DNA of 64,000 nucleotides, taken from contig JANNQV010000025.1 in NCBI GenBank assembly GCA_031400935.1, positions 1 to 64,000 on the forward strand, in the 5' to 3' direction. This DNA comes from Armatimonadota bacterium. GTDB lineage: Bacteria > Armatimonadota > Fimbriimonadia > Fimbriimonadales > Fimbriimonadaceae. The position numbers and the translations under genes are program-made. Shown here one piece after another: positions 9,466-18,414 of this stretch; position 1 is the stretch's first letter; every line of letters starts with the position of its first letter. The notes beneath the pieces are model-generated. The model ran no database searches, had not been told where the DNA came from, and worked only from the letters and a program-made list of their open reading frames with translations.

Positions 9466-10359
9466 ATGTCACGCGAAAACCATCAAGATATCCGAATCGG
9501 AACACTCGCCCCTTTGAGCAATGGTACCGACTATCTGCGCCAAATAATTCCTCATGGATTTGAGTCCTTTGAGCTTACGCTTTGGCAATACATTGGAGAG
9601 GTTGATCTTGATGCGTTTGCTGCTGAAATGCCTGATGTGCTTGGGGACGATGCGGTAATCAGTAGTTTGGGAATCTATGGAAACCCTCTCACTGATGAAA
9701 AAACAGCTGCGGATTGGGAAATTGTTATCAAGTCTTGCAAAAAATTTGGCTGTAAAGTAGTTTGCGGATTTGCAGGTGCGCTTGAGGATCGCCCTGTTGA
9801 TGAATCAATGCCGAAATTCAAAGAGGTTTTTGGAAAGATAGCCAAAGTCGCTGAAGGAGAAGGCGTAAAAATTGCTTTTGAAAACTGCGACATGGGCGGC
9901 TCTTGGAATCGGCCAGCTTGGAACATCGCTCACTCACCGAGAGCATGGGAAATGATGCTGAACGAAGTTCCTGGGGACACCCTTGGACTGGAGTGGGAGC
10001 CATGCCACCAAATGATCAGTCTCATTGATCCGATTGCCCAGCTTCGAAAATGGGCAAAGCGTGTTTATCATGTTCATGGAAAAGATGCGACGATTGCATG
10101 GGACGTGATCGAAAATTTGGGGATTCGGAGTGGGGAAGAGTACGTTTGGCATCGTACGCCTGGATTCGGGGACACAAACTGGACCGAAGTAATCTCGATT
10201 CTTCGCCAAAACGGATTTGAGGGAGCAATAGACATCGAAGGTTGGCATGACCCAATCTACCGAGATGAGCTCGAAATGACGGGTCAAGTCTATGCACTCG
10301 ACTACCTAAAGGCGTGTCGTGGCGGAGACTTTATTCCGAATCCAGTTTTGCAAAAGTAA
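9466..10359 (+). CDS. Sugar phosphate isomerase/epimerase (xylose isomerase-like TIM barrel)
   Basis: 297 aa with a TIM-barrel AP-endonuclease-2-like pattern (IAFENCDMGG, HVHGKD, IDIEGWHDP). Confidence 0.75.
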   Translation: MSRENHQDIRIGTLAPLSNGTDYLRQIIPHGFESFELTLWQYIGEVDLDAFAAEMPDVLGDDAVISSLGIYGNPLTDEKTAADWEIVIKSCKKFGCKVVCGFAGALEDRPVDESMPKFKEVFGKIAKVAEGEGVKIAFENCDMGGSWNRPAWNIAHSPRAWEMMLNEVPGDTLGLEWEPCHQMISLIDPIAQLRKWAKRVYHVHGKDATIAWDVIENLGIRSGEEYVWHRTPGFGDTNWTEVISILRQNGFEGAIDIEGWHDPIYRDELEMTGQVYALDYLKACRGGDFIPNPVLQK

Positions 10360-10364
10360 TGTGA

Positions 10365-10467
10365 CTTGCCCGTCCCGGGCAAGTGTGGCTCGACCGTCTC
10401 GGTTGAAGCCGCGCTACTCTGTTCCATGGGCGGAACGCCCATGCCAAGCTCGTCCGAAACTGACGAG
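10365..10467. repeat. Cluster of three GC hairpins with 3 to 7 nt loops between convergent genes
   Basis: CTTGCCCG-TCC-CGGGCAAG (10365..10383), CATGGGCG-GAA-CGCCCATG (10425..10443), GCTCGTC-CGAAACT-GACGAGC (10447..10467). They are the same GGGCG-NNN-CGCCC class as the hairpins inside dtd. Confidence 0.45.
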
Positions 10468-10477
10468 CCACGCAGCT

Positions 10478-11599
10478 CTATAACGCCTGCAGAAACTCCA
10501 GAAGTCGCTTTTGTTCCACAGGGCTAAGCTTCTGAAACGCTGCTTTGGAGTTTGAAGCCTCGCCTCCGTGCTTCAAAATTGCATCGAGAATCGTCGGTGC
10601 GCTACCATCGTGCCAATAAGGTCCTCCGAACACTCCCAACCCCCAAAGAGGCGCAGTGCGGTATTCGCCAATATCGTATTTGTCAATGGAAGTATGCAAA
10701 GGTTCGTTCGGCTGAATCTGGTGCGCTAAGAGGTCGGTATAGGCTTCAATCGTTTTCTTGTTTATTGCTGAAATTGAAGATTCGCCAGTTCGCAGACTTC
10801 CAACATGGCAAGTTTGGCAACCAACTTTAGTAAACAGTTTCTTGCCTTCCATAGCATTTGGAGTGAGCTTTGTTCGTGGAGGAGGGCCGAGCGTTTTGAT
10901 AAAAAACGACACGGCTTTAACTTGTCCAGCACCCAAACCGCCGGCAAAGTCTTCGCGCCCGTAAGGTTCAACTAGCATCCCAAGTTCACCCTTGAAAGCT
11001 TGAGTTACAAATAGATCAATACTCGAAACGTTTGGCTTCCACCCAAACTTTGCGGGCGAGCCGCCAAAAACGAGAGTTCGCCCTGAGATACCATCCTTAT
11101 TTTCGTCCGATGGATCAGCTAGTTTCGCGATCTCGACGTTTGGGACGGCCTCGAGCAAACCGAGGCCAAAAAGGGCAGGGGCACGCCGCGAAACTGCATC
11201 AGGAGGTCTAGAAGGCTCAACGAATCGCCGACTTTCATTCCGCTGAAGCCGGTGATACACTTTCAACCCAGTTCGGTCTTCGGAATCGGGAAGAAAGGTC
11301 ACAAAGGTTTTGGGGTCCTTGTTCGAACCGCCAAAATACGGCTCAAGATGGCATTTTGAACATTCGGTCTCATTGAAACCATTGCTCGACCGATCTGGGC
11401 GCCAAAGTTCCCAACGAAAAAGCCGCCTGCCACGAATATGGAGGTCCTCCTCGCTACTTGCCAGTCCCGGAATTGGATCGCCGATTTCAGCAGCGCTTGC
11501 AGCCAATGGGTATTCATCACTGACGCCAGTTCGAATAGTAGAGGCCGTATTGCCAATGAGGAACATATTAAGAACTGGCAGAATTGCGAGAAGATGCAT
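10478..11599 (-). CDS. Secreted di-heme c-type cytochrome (cytochrome c peroxidase / DUF1111-like oxidoreductase)
   Basis: Signal peptide. Two CxxCH motifs (CSKCH, CQTCH). The FGWKP motif resembles DUF1111 di-heme oxidoreductases. Confidence 0.6.
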   Translation of the reverse strand: MHLLAILPVLNMFLIGNTASTIRTGVSDEYPLAASAAEIGDPIPGLASSEEDLHIRGRRLFRWELWRPDRSSNGFNETECSKCHLEPYFGGSNKDPKTFVTFLPDSEDRTGLKVYHRLQRNESRRFVEPSRPPDAVSRRAPALFGLGLLEAVPNVEIAKLADPSDENKDGISGRTLVFGGSPAKFGWKPNVSSIDLFVTQAFKGELGMLVEPYGREDFAGGLGAGQVKAVSFFIKTLGPPPRTKLTPNAMEGKKLFTKVGCQTCHVGSLRTGESSISAINKKTIEAYTDLLAHQIQPNEPLHTSIDKYDIGEYRTAPLWGLGVFGGPYWHDGSAPTILDAILKHGGEASNSKAAFQKLSPVEQKRLLEFLQAL

Positions 11600-11697
11600 T
11601 CTTCTATTCTACGAAAGTAATGATGTCTTCTGCACCAATTTACCGAGAATTCTTCCATTTCAGGTACGATTTCGTTGTCCCCATCAAACTTTTCATT

Positions 11698-12267
11698 ATG
11701 AAACCCTCTACCAAAGTTGATAAGGCGTCGCCATCCGACATTGCAGATGCTGCTAGTCCCGTGCAACCTGAAGTTGCGCAAGCCGAAACTATTGATGCAA
11801 ACCTTGTTGCGATTTTAGATACATTGGCCGCAGTATCAGCCGAACGCGACTTGGCAAAGGATCAATCTATTCGAGCAATGGCCGAGCTTCAAAACGTTCG
11901 ACGCAGAAGCCAGGAACAAGTTGATTTGGTTCGAAAAATGGCAACGGAACATTTAGTCAGACAGCTTTTGCCAGTCCTGGATAACTTTGAGCGTTCCGCG
12001 TCGGCTTTGACAAGCGGAGCAAATGTGGAAGCAGTTTTGGAAGGGATTTCGGTTATTGAACGACAGCTTCGTGTAGCACTAGAGTCCGTGGCAGTAAAAC
12101 GAATGGAGTCGGTTGGAGCCGAATTTAATCCCGAGTTTCATGATGCAATTGGATTAGAAGCACACCCTGAACTGCCTGCAGATACCGTTTCGACTGAAAT
12201 CGAGGCTGGCTATACAATGGCTGGAAAAGTCATTCGGCCAGCGAAGGTGAGGGTTTCCCAAGGCTAG
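11698..12267 (+). CDS. grpE: Nucleotide exchange factor GrpE
   Basis: GrpE core (ELQNVRRRSQEQVDLVRKMATEHLVRQLLPVLDNFERS). The start is chosen at MKPSTKV; the ORF opens at 11584, overlapping the convergent cytochrome gene. Confidence 0.8.
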   Translation: MKPSTKVDKASPSDIADAASPVQPEVAQAETIDANLVAILDTLAAVSAERDLAKDQSIRAMAELQNVRRRSQEQVDLVRKMATEHLVRQLLPVLDNFERSASALTSGANVEAVLEGISVIERQLRVALESVAVKRMESVGAEFNPEFHDAIGLEAHPELPADTVSTEIEAGYTMAGKVIRPAKVRVSQG

Positions 12268-13649
12268 TGAGCAGAAAACTTTTTGGAACAGATGGAATTC
12301 GAGGAGTTGCCAATCAATTTCTTACTCCTGAGCTAGTTTTCGGGCTTGGGAAGGCTGCAGGGCAATTCTTGATTGATTCTCCAAGAGCGAACCGGGCTGT
12401 TATCGCGAGGGACACGCGACGAAGCGGGACGATGCTCAGCGCCGCAATGGCAGCAGGTTTGGCATCAGTTGGTGTTGAAGTAGACGATTTGGGAGTTGCA
12501 CCGACGCCGACTGTAACGTATGCAGCCAGGGTTTTTGACTATGGTGTAGGCGTCGTGATTTCAGCGAGTCACAATCCTGCGCCCGACAATGGCATCAAGC
12601 TCATCGGCCATGACGGTCGAAAGTTGAGCGACGACGAAGAACAAACAATTGAACTCCTCTTAGAAGTAAATACTTTTGCGCAGCCAGTCGGTTCGGAGAT
12701 TGGAAGTATTTCCAACGACCAATCTGTGGTTGACGCATATCTAAATTTTTTGGAGTCGCTCCTGCCAGAGCGACTCGACGGCATGAAAATAGCCATAGAT
12801 GCTGCTCATGGCGCGGCGTACCAGTTAGCTCCAGAAATTCTCGTTCGACTTGGGGCAGAAGTTCTCGTTTCGGGCGCAGAACCTGACGGAAACAACATCA
12901 ATGCTGACGGTGGGGCTACGAAACCAAGCGCGATTCAAGAATTCGTCGTTGATTGTTCGTGCGACTTAGGGGTAGCGTTTGATGGCGATGCTGACCGTGC
13001 TGTATTCTGCGATGCAAAGGGCACTCTAGTCAATGGAGACCGAACGATGGGTATTTGGGCATCGTATTGGAAGAATCAAGGAAGACTCAATCCGCAAATT
13101 GTTGTCGGTACGGTAATGAGCAATCAGGGATTTGAGAAGTATCTCAATTCTGAAGGAATTTCTTTGGAACGATCGCCGGTTGGTGATAAATACGTTTCCC
13201 AGAGAATTGATGCTACCGGATCAAAAATTGGAGGCGAGCAAAGCGGTCATATCATCTTTCCAGCCAATGGCCCGACCGGCGATGGATTAGCGACCATGCT
13301 AGAACTTCTTCGAATTTTGAAGCGTGAAAAACGCTCGCTTTCCACATTTATTGATGATTACGAACCCACTCCTCAAGTTCTTTATAATGTTTCTGTAGCT
13401 TCTAAAGATGGGTGGAACGAGAGCAAGCGAATCTTTGATGCCATCCAATTGGGCGAGCGAACGCTCGAAGGGAATGGAAGGGTAAACGTCCGCCCGAGTG
13501 GAACACAACCGATGATTCGAGTGATGGTCGAGGCGGAATCCTACGAACAACGGGATCGAGTCGCTGATTCGATAGTGAATGCGCTCATATCTGAACTTGG
13601 CGGAGAAATTTATAGCAAGGTTGATTTGACGCATGCTCTTGGCGATTGA
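12267..13649 (+). CDS. glmM: Phosphoglucosamine mutase
   Basis: MSRKLFGTDGIRG N-terminus and the SASHNP phosphoserine motif. 460 aa. Confidence 0.9.
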   Translation: MSRKLFGTDGIRGVANQFLTPELVFGLGKAAGQFLIDSPRANRAVIARDTRRSGTMLSAAMAAGLASVGVEVDDLGVAPTPTVTYAARVFDYGVGVVISASHNPAPDNGIKLIGHDGRKLSDDEEQTIELLLEVNTFAQPVGSEIGSISNDQSVVDAYLNFLESLLPERLDGMKIAIDAAHGAAYQLAPEILVRLGAEVLVSGAEPDGNNINADGGATKPSAIQEFVVDCSCDLGVAFDGDADRAVFCDAKGTLVNGDRTMGIWASYWKNQGRLNPQIVVGTVMSNQGFEKYLNSEGISLERSPVGDKYVSQRIDATGSKIGGEQSGHIIFPANGPTGDGLATMLELLRILKREKRSLSTFIDDYEPTPQVLYNVSVASKDGWNESKRIFDAIQLGERTLEGNGRVNVRPSGTQPMIRVMVEAESYEQRDRVADSIVNALISELGGEIYSKVDLTHALGD

Positions 13650-14364
13650 TTTAGGGAATACAAAGGCAGCTTTTGGGGTTTGGTCAGGAACTCGATGGAC
13701 TGATATCCGCCAATGGCCGTCACAATCGCTTAGTTCTAGCCCTGAACTTTTCGAATGGCTCAGTCAATTTAGGTTGGGAAATGGCGGAATCAAAGTCGTT
13801 TGCGCTAGTGTGAATCCGTCGGCAGAAGCAAGCCTTACCCGTGCAATTGAACGGACGTTGTACGCAGAGATTCATTTTCTGCGGACTGCACAGGATTTCA
13901 AGTTGAAGACGCTGTACTCTCCTGAGTTAGGCGCAGATCGAATGGCGAACATGGTTGGAGCATTGGACCAATTCAAGCCCCCTCTAATAGTAATTGACGT
14001 CGGAACTGCAACCACAATTGACGCGATAGATAAGACTGGAAGTCACATTGGCGGTGTGATCTTTGCCGGCCCTCAGTTTTCCATTGATGCGTTGCTTGCC
14101 AAATCGCCTTTGATGAAGCCTTCTGAATTACGGAACCACGAAGAACTCTTTAGCTTGAATACGACCGACGCGCTATCGAACGGCCATTTCCTTAGTCACT
14201 GGCACGCGTTATTAGGGATCGAACGTGAAATGAAGTTGGGGATGAAAGGAAGAGTTTCTGTTGTCACAACAGGCGGACTGGGACGAATGTTCAGTGAACT
14301 CGGGGAACTCGGCGAATACCGTCCAACCTTGGCGCTTGAAGGAATTCGGATCGTAAGTACATAG
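13633..14364 (+). CDS. coaX: Type III pantothenate kinase
   Basis: MLLAIDLGNTKAAFGVW N-terminus and a 243-aa acetate/sugar kinase fold typical of CoaX. It overlaps the glmM 3' end by 17 bp. Confidence 0.8.
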   Translation: MLLAIDLGNTKAAFGVWSGTRWTDIRQWPSQSLSSSPELFEWLSQFRLGNGGIKVVCASVNPSAEASLTRAIERTLYAEIHFLRTAQDFKLKTLYSPELGADRMANMVGALDQFKPPLIVIDVGTATTIDAIDKTGSHIGGVIFAGPQFSIDALLAKSPLMKPSELRNHEELFSLNTTDALSNGHFLSHWHALLGIEREMKLGMKGRVSVVTTGGLGRMFSELGELGEYRPTLALEGIRIVST

Positions 14365-14410
14365 TTTTGGCACGCGAATAAAGGCTCGACGCACACCAAA
14401 TGCAATTGAA

Positions 14411-15757
14411 CTAGAACCGTGCGTCAAACGCAAGACCGATCAGAACTGGCAGGGTTGGCGTTTGCTGACTGCCGCCGCCTATACTACCGGTGCCGCCTCT
14501 TCGAATTCGATAGAAGACTTGCCATCCAAATTCTTGAATTGGAATTCGGTTGGATCGAAAATCGCCCAAAGTCGCTGCAAGAGAATCTGCAAATACTCCT
14601 CGTTCCTTGCCGTTTCGAGTGTAGGATTGAACGGTTGCTCCTGGAATTGTGCTCTGCATTTGTGCGATATTTCCGTTCATCGGAACTTCCGCTCCAAAGT
14701 ATCTGCCATTTACAACTGGACGATTTGCTTGAAAGAAGGCAAAAATCCTCGCTCCCTTTGCCGAAAACATTGCGTAGATTTCTTTCTTTGCAACCATTGA
14801 GCTACTATCCGTTGCCGACTCCGTGTCAACTCCGGCTATGAAATCCTTTCCGTCAAGGTTGGCTCCAACTCCTGAAAAGAAGATAAAGACAGTTGCGTCT
14901 TCAGAAACTCGATCCGCCATCGCTTTTACGCTTGCCCGAATCTGTTGTGCCGTCGCATTTATGACCAGGTCAATGTTTTGTTCGCCATATCCCGCGTTCG
15001 CCATTAGGGACTCTCGGACGTGTTGAGCATCGTCGGCTCCCGAAGCAATTTTCAAAGATTCTAATTTGGATTCGGAATTCCCAATGATTAACGCGTATTT
15101 GTTTGAATTTATTGGAACTCGAATCCCAGAGTTGCTGAGCATTGGGGCATTGCCAGTTGAACTTGGTGTTCCCCCCGCGTTAGGATCAACCGTTGGAATT
15201 CCCGGCTGGTTGATGTCTCGACCCGTCATTTGAGCGACCAGCGAGATTTCCTCCGGCGACATTGGTTCGACATCCACTTTCCAAGTGAGTTGGCCTGATA
15301 CTTGAGTCAGCTTCTCTTCGAGTTGAATGCGCTTTGCGTTATTGTCGCCCTGTGCATAAATGGCGTTGAGAACAAAAAACGTTTCGTAGCTGTTCTGCTG
15401 TTTTGCCAAGAGTGCTTCAAGTTCAGTAGCCGCTTCAGCAAAAGCCTTGTTTCTGGCGGTCGCGTCCTTTTCTGCGGAACCCAATTTGAAGGCAGAATAA
15501 GCAGCGAGGAAATTTGGGGAATAGGGAACACCGTTTCGCCAGACTCTTCGTTCAGTTGCAGGTCCTGGCAAGATTGTTGCCTTGCTGAAGTCTTCTGTCC
15601 GGTAGGCAATAGCTTGTTTAAATGCTGTTCGGGCGCTTGCCCAATCGCCCTTTTTTGCGCTTGCAAGTCCAGTGTCGTAGCTTGACATCCAGCTTTGCGC
15701 TGGAGCAATTGCGGCCGCGCAAACGAGGCCGACCATCCATGAAATTCGTACATGCAT
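14411..15757 (-). CDS. Secreted caspase/CHAT-like (peptidase C14 fold) protein with an N-terminal TPR-like helical region; probably non-catalytic
   Basis: Signal peptide. Caspase-like core YALIIGNSESKL...ATVFIFFSGVGANLDG...FAFFQANRP, in which the His position (SGHG) reads SGVG and the Cys position (QACRG/DSCHSG) reads QANRP. Confidence 0.6.
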   Translation of the reverse strand: MHVRISWMVGLVCAAAIAPAQSWMSSYDTGLASAKKGDWASARTAFKQAIAYRTEDFSKATILPGPATERRVWRNGVPYSPNFLAAYSAFKLGSAEKDATARNKAFAEAATELEALLAKQQNSYETFFVLNAIYAQGDNNAKRIQLEEKLTQVSGQLTWKVDVEPMSPEEISLVAQMTGRDINQPGIPTVDPNAGGTPSSTGNAPMLSNSGIRVPINSNKYALIIGNSESKLESLKIASGADDAQHVRESLMANAGYGEQNIDLVINATAQQIRASVKAMADRVSEDATVFIFFSGVGANLDGKDFIAGVDTESATDSSSMVAKKEIYAMFSAKGARIFAFFQANRPVVNGRYFGAEVPMNGNIAQMQSTIPGATVQSYTRNGKERGVFADSLAATLGDFRSNRIPIQEFGWQVFYRIRRGGTGSIGGGSQQTPTLPVLIGLAFDARF

Positions 15758-15781
15758 TCGAATATATTCCTCTTACTTAAT

Positions 15782-16897
15782 TTAGAATCGAATTCCAAAG
15801 GTAAACGCTGTGTCCTTTGCGCCCGAGTCTGCGTTTCCAAACGCAATGTCAATGATCCAATTCTTAGCAGTCGGCCGGTATCCAATTCCGTAGGTGAATA
15901 CATTTCGATCGCTGAAATTCACACCCCCAGCAGGAACTACGGAATATCCAACCCTGATTGGAATTGTGAACGATTCTTTAGAATAGTGATATTCCATTCC
16001 GATGTGGCCAGCCGTATGTGAATCCTGCATAACACGTTCGCTGGATTCAGTGCTGAAAAAGTGCTCGATTTCGAGTCCGTAGACCATAAAATCGCTTCCT
16101 CCGCGATATCCATCTTGTCGTACGGCCAAGCTAACGGCAGCCCTGCCTGGAATTTTGGAATAAAGCGTTCCGGCGTCTTGCGGATCTTGGATTTCGATTG
16201 GAGTACGAACACTTGCACCGATTGTGAGATTAGATTTGCCCCTTGGGGTGAGAATAATTCCTGCAATTGCTCCAACGCCAAATCCTTCATCTTCAGAACG
16301 AGCGTCGCTTGTGGGAATATTCGGGTCAGTAAAGACAATTCTCTGCCGATTGTAGACAGAATTCATCGCTACGACCACTCCGAGACCGAAGCTAAAGCTT
16401 TGATCTTCAGAGGCCCTCCCCCAAGCCAGATTAAGAAAACTTGTGTTGATTCGAATTGAATCAAGATATTGCGATATGCCGCCAGGCAGGTTACTGCCGA
16501 ACTGATCATCGTGCATTGCACCGCCAACAGTCCAGCTAATACCAATGCCGCCTTTCCCCTTCCCGAGAGGCTTCGCATAGCCCACGTGTGAAAGACGAAT
16601 GTCGCCCGTAAAATCAAATGATTCTAAGCGCAAATCGTTTAGCGGCCCAGTCACTACTGTTTTCGTGTCGGGGAACGATCTACTCGCAACTGCTGCGATG
16701 GGCTGACTCACATATCCTAGGCCAGCTGGATTATAGTGTGCTGACAACGTGTCGGCTGAAGAACCATAAAGAGAGCCACCTGCTCCGAATGCTCGGCCAC
16801 CGGCATCAAACGAAGTAAGTAAATCTGGGACTTGCGCATAGGCAGAGCCTGCGACAAATGCCATTCCAATGCTAAAGAGCTTCCTTGCAACTAACAT
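15782..16897 (-). CDS. Outer-membrane beta-barrel protein (FadL/PorV-like)
   Basis: Start chosen at MLVARKLFSIGMAFVAGSAYAQ (signal peptide). Alternating beta-strand pattern and a C-terminal aromatic residue (..FTFGIRF). 17-bp gap to the upstream gene. Confidence 0.5.
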   Translation of the reverse strand: MLVARKLFSIGMAFVAGSAYAQVPDLLTSFDAGGRAFGAGGSLYGSSADTLSAHYNPAGLGYVSQPIAAVASRSFPDTKTVVTGPLNDLRLESFDFTGDIRLSHVGYAKPLGKGKGGIGISWTVGGAMHDDQFGSNLPGGISQYLDSIRINTSFLNLAWGRASEDQSFSFGLGVVVAMNSVYNRQRIVFTDPNIPTSDARSEDEGFGVGAIAGIILTPRGKSNLTIGASVRTPIEIQDPQDAGTLYSKIPGRAAVSLAVRQDGYRGGSDFMVYGLEIEHFFSTESSERVMQDSHTAGHIGMEYHYSKESFTIPIRVGYSVVPAGGVNFSDRNVFTYGIGYRPTAKNWIIDIAFGNADSGAKDTAFTFGIRF

Positions 16898-16913
16898 ATT
16901 ATTCTCCGTAATT

Positions 16914-17888
16914 CTACCGGTACCTAACGAGAACTTCTTGAGGGACTCCAGAATTTCCAGCTTTATCAATGATCGTGACAACGATCTTGAATTCTTTTGG
17001 CAATCCATTTCTCCACCGAAGGCGTCCCGTCCATCGGTTTGTGGTTCCGTTGATATTTCTAAACGTTCGAAGCGAAATACGGCCAATATAGGCGCCACCA
17101 GTAGTTCGGGCTACTACATCAACGCCTGAAACATCAACTGAGTTTCCTGCTCCATCAACTATGTCAACGGCAACAGAGACATTCGCTCTCGCCGCCAACC
17201 GAATATCAGTTCTAGGTTGAAGGATGATTGCGGTCGGATTGATCCTATCCACAATGACTTCAAAACTTCGAACTTCCTCGTTGTCGGCCTGATCTCTTAG
17301 TCGGATATTGATGGTTTTAGAGCCATCGAACTCGATTCCAGATGTATCCCAAATGACCGTAAATTCATCGTTGATGAGAACAGTGCCCGTGTTATTTGGA
17401 ATGTCTTGCCCGCCAACTTGAACTCGATAATCCTTAAAATTGGGCTCAAGAACTTTTACTCGAACTGAAACACTGCCTCGCACAAACGTATTTGTAATTG
17501 GGTTGAATTGCAAGAATTTGGGCTTGGTTACATCTAAGATTACGTTGACTGTAACGGGTATGTAGGTTTGACCGGGCTCTGTTACAGTAACGACGATTGC
17601 GTAGCTTCCTTCCGGTACTCCCTGATTAAAGTTCAGCGTAAGCGTACCGTTAATCGGATTCACGCCATCAGGGGTGAAATCATCGCTAACCGTGAACTGG
17701 CCGCCTGGGCCTGTCGCAACAGCCTCAACATGGACTTCGATGGTTGCCCCTGTAATGTTGAACCTGATCGTATTCGATAATCCAATAAATGAGCTTTCAG
17801 TTGGCGAAGTGACAGTCAAAGTCTGCGCAGTAGAAACCACGGATAGTGAAGCCATCAGCCCGAATAGGCAAAAAATCTTGCGTAACAT
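16914..17888 (-). CDS. Secreted protein with repeated Ig-like domains
   Basis: Signal peptide MLRKIFCLFGLMASLSVVSTAQ followed by three beta-sandwich-like repeats (TVTxP..., VxVxDxAGN). Confidence 0.5.
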   Translation of the reverse strand: MLRKIFCLFGLMASLSVVSTAQTLTVTSPTESSFIGLSNTIRFNITGATIEVHVEAVATGPGGQFTVSDDFTPDGVNPINGTLTLNFNQGVPEGSYAIVVTVTEPGQTYIPVTVNVILDVTKPKFLQFNPITNTFVRGSVSVRVKVLEPNFKDYRVQVGGQDIPNNTGTVLINDEFTVIWDTSGIEFDGSKTINIRLRDQADNEEVRSFEVIVDRINPTAIILQPRTDIRLAARANVSVAVDIVDGAGNSVDVSGVDVVARTTGGAYIGRISLRTFRNINGTTNRWTGRLRWRNGLPKEFKIVVTIIDKAGNSGVPQEVLVRYR

Positions 17889-18414
17889 TATGTGTCCTCG
17901 TATTTTCCTTTACGTTCGCTCGAATCTATATTGTAGGGTATTTGACTGGCTTTCGTCAACAACGTGCCCAGTTTGTACCTGATTCGCTTTGTTTGACTTC
18001 AACTTACTCAGCTGCGTTCGGTATTTAAGGCAAATTCACCGTGTATCAGCTTGGATTTAACCTAAATAGACGAAGTTCAAGCCCAAATTGATGCGAAGCA
18101 ATTCAAGAACTTGCTTGAATTTTTCTAATTTGGAAACTCACCCTCTAGCAATTGTTCGAATAATCCCGATAATCAGTGTCGGGGAAGAATTGAGAAAATG
18201 GTGTTGACAATTTTTTTGCTTAACCTAGCCAATAGAATGGATGTTCTCCGCTCTCTGTTCTCTGAATCGAAACCGCCACAACTGTTCAAATGTAAGTGGA
18301 AAGTGCTTCCTATGCTTGATTTTGCTGCGATGGCTCTTAAATTCGCCCCGAATGTCCGATACGCAATCGGATTCACCAGTACATTAATTTTGGAACACAA
18401 AGCAATCCGGCAAT

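Noticed and set aside
11299-11781. 160-aa minus-strand ORF spanning the cytochrome N-terminus and the grpE start
   Set aside because: It lies in an alternative frame of the di-heme cytochrome gene and extends into the grpE region, with no motif support.
18203-18237. Sigma70-like promoter (TTGACA at 18203) upstream of the HDOD gene
   Set aside because: No acceptable -10 hexamer lies at 16-19 bp spacing; the nearest TAGAAT is 23 bp away.
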